From assembly GCF_001194135.2 (NCBI RefSeq), contig NC_068983.1:75707952-75769792 (forward strand): a DNA stretch of 61,841 nt, in the 5' to 3' direction. The notes beneath the pieces are model-generated. The model had not been told where the DNA came from and ran no database searches. It was given only the letters and a program-made list of their open reading frames with translations. Of this stretch, positions 61,527-61,841 are shown piece after piece. Positions within the stretch are counted from its first letter, which is position 1; each line of letters starts with the position of its first letter. The DNA is from Octopus bimaculoides (taxonomy: Eukaryota). Both the position numbers and the translations under genes were made by a program.

Positions 61527-61841
61527 GTATGTGTATATATGCAAGTGTGTGTGTGTGTGTGTATATATATGTATGTATGTATATATATATATATATATAT
61601 ATTATTTTGTTTAAAAGAGTTCCAACACTGTCTGTTTTTTATGTTTTATTTATATTCCTGCAGAACCAATGTGGGGTATAGAATATGGAATATACAATAT
61701 ATAATATAATATACAATATATAATATAAAATAAAATAAAATAAAAATGGATGGCACCATGAAAGAAAGTATTGAATGTAGATGAAATATTGAGTGTTCAA
61801 TATAAAGGATCAAATATATAAATATATAAATATAAATATAT

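Noticed and set aside
59647-61841. Candidate terminal OS9 exon (acceptors near 59721 and 61662)
   Set aside because: Both hit in-frame stops within a few codons and show no resemblance to the OS-9 C-terminus.

Overview
AT-rich eukaryotic genomic DNA with 8 N-gaps and dense microsatellites. Its repeat families look like octopus/coleoid cephalopod repeats (inferred from recall, not a database search). The only host gene is a partial, intron-rich OS9 orthologue (ER lectin for glycoprotein ERAD) on the + strand. Twelve coding exons from 10676 to 59646 splice in frame with GT-AG introns. One exon start is lost in an assembly gap, and the signal-peptide exon and last exon were not found. The rest is intronic or intergenic decayed mobile DNA: Tc1/mariner and maT remnants, an R4/NeSL-type LINE 3' end, RTE LINE fragments, several tRNA-derived SINE families, piggyBac-like (TTAA) and hAT MITEs, and many fold-back hairpins. 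The most unusual object is a ~600 bp palindrome at 32363-32959. It consists of two divergent units, each a tRNA-like Pol III head, an (AAT)n tract and a hammerhead-ribozyme-like core, and it is nested in a ~2 kb fold-back element. Both ribozyme cores in this copy look partly decayed. No prokaryotic features, CRISPR arrays, rRNA or genuine tRNA genes were seen. Repeat boundaries are approximate.
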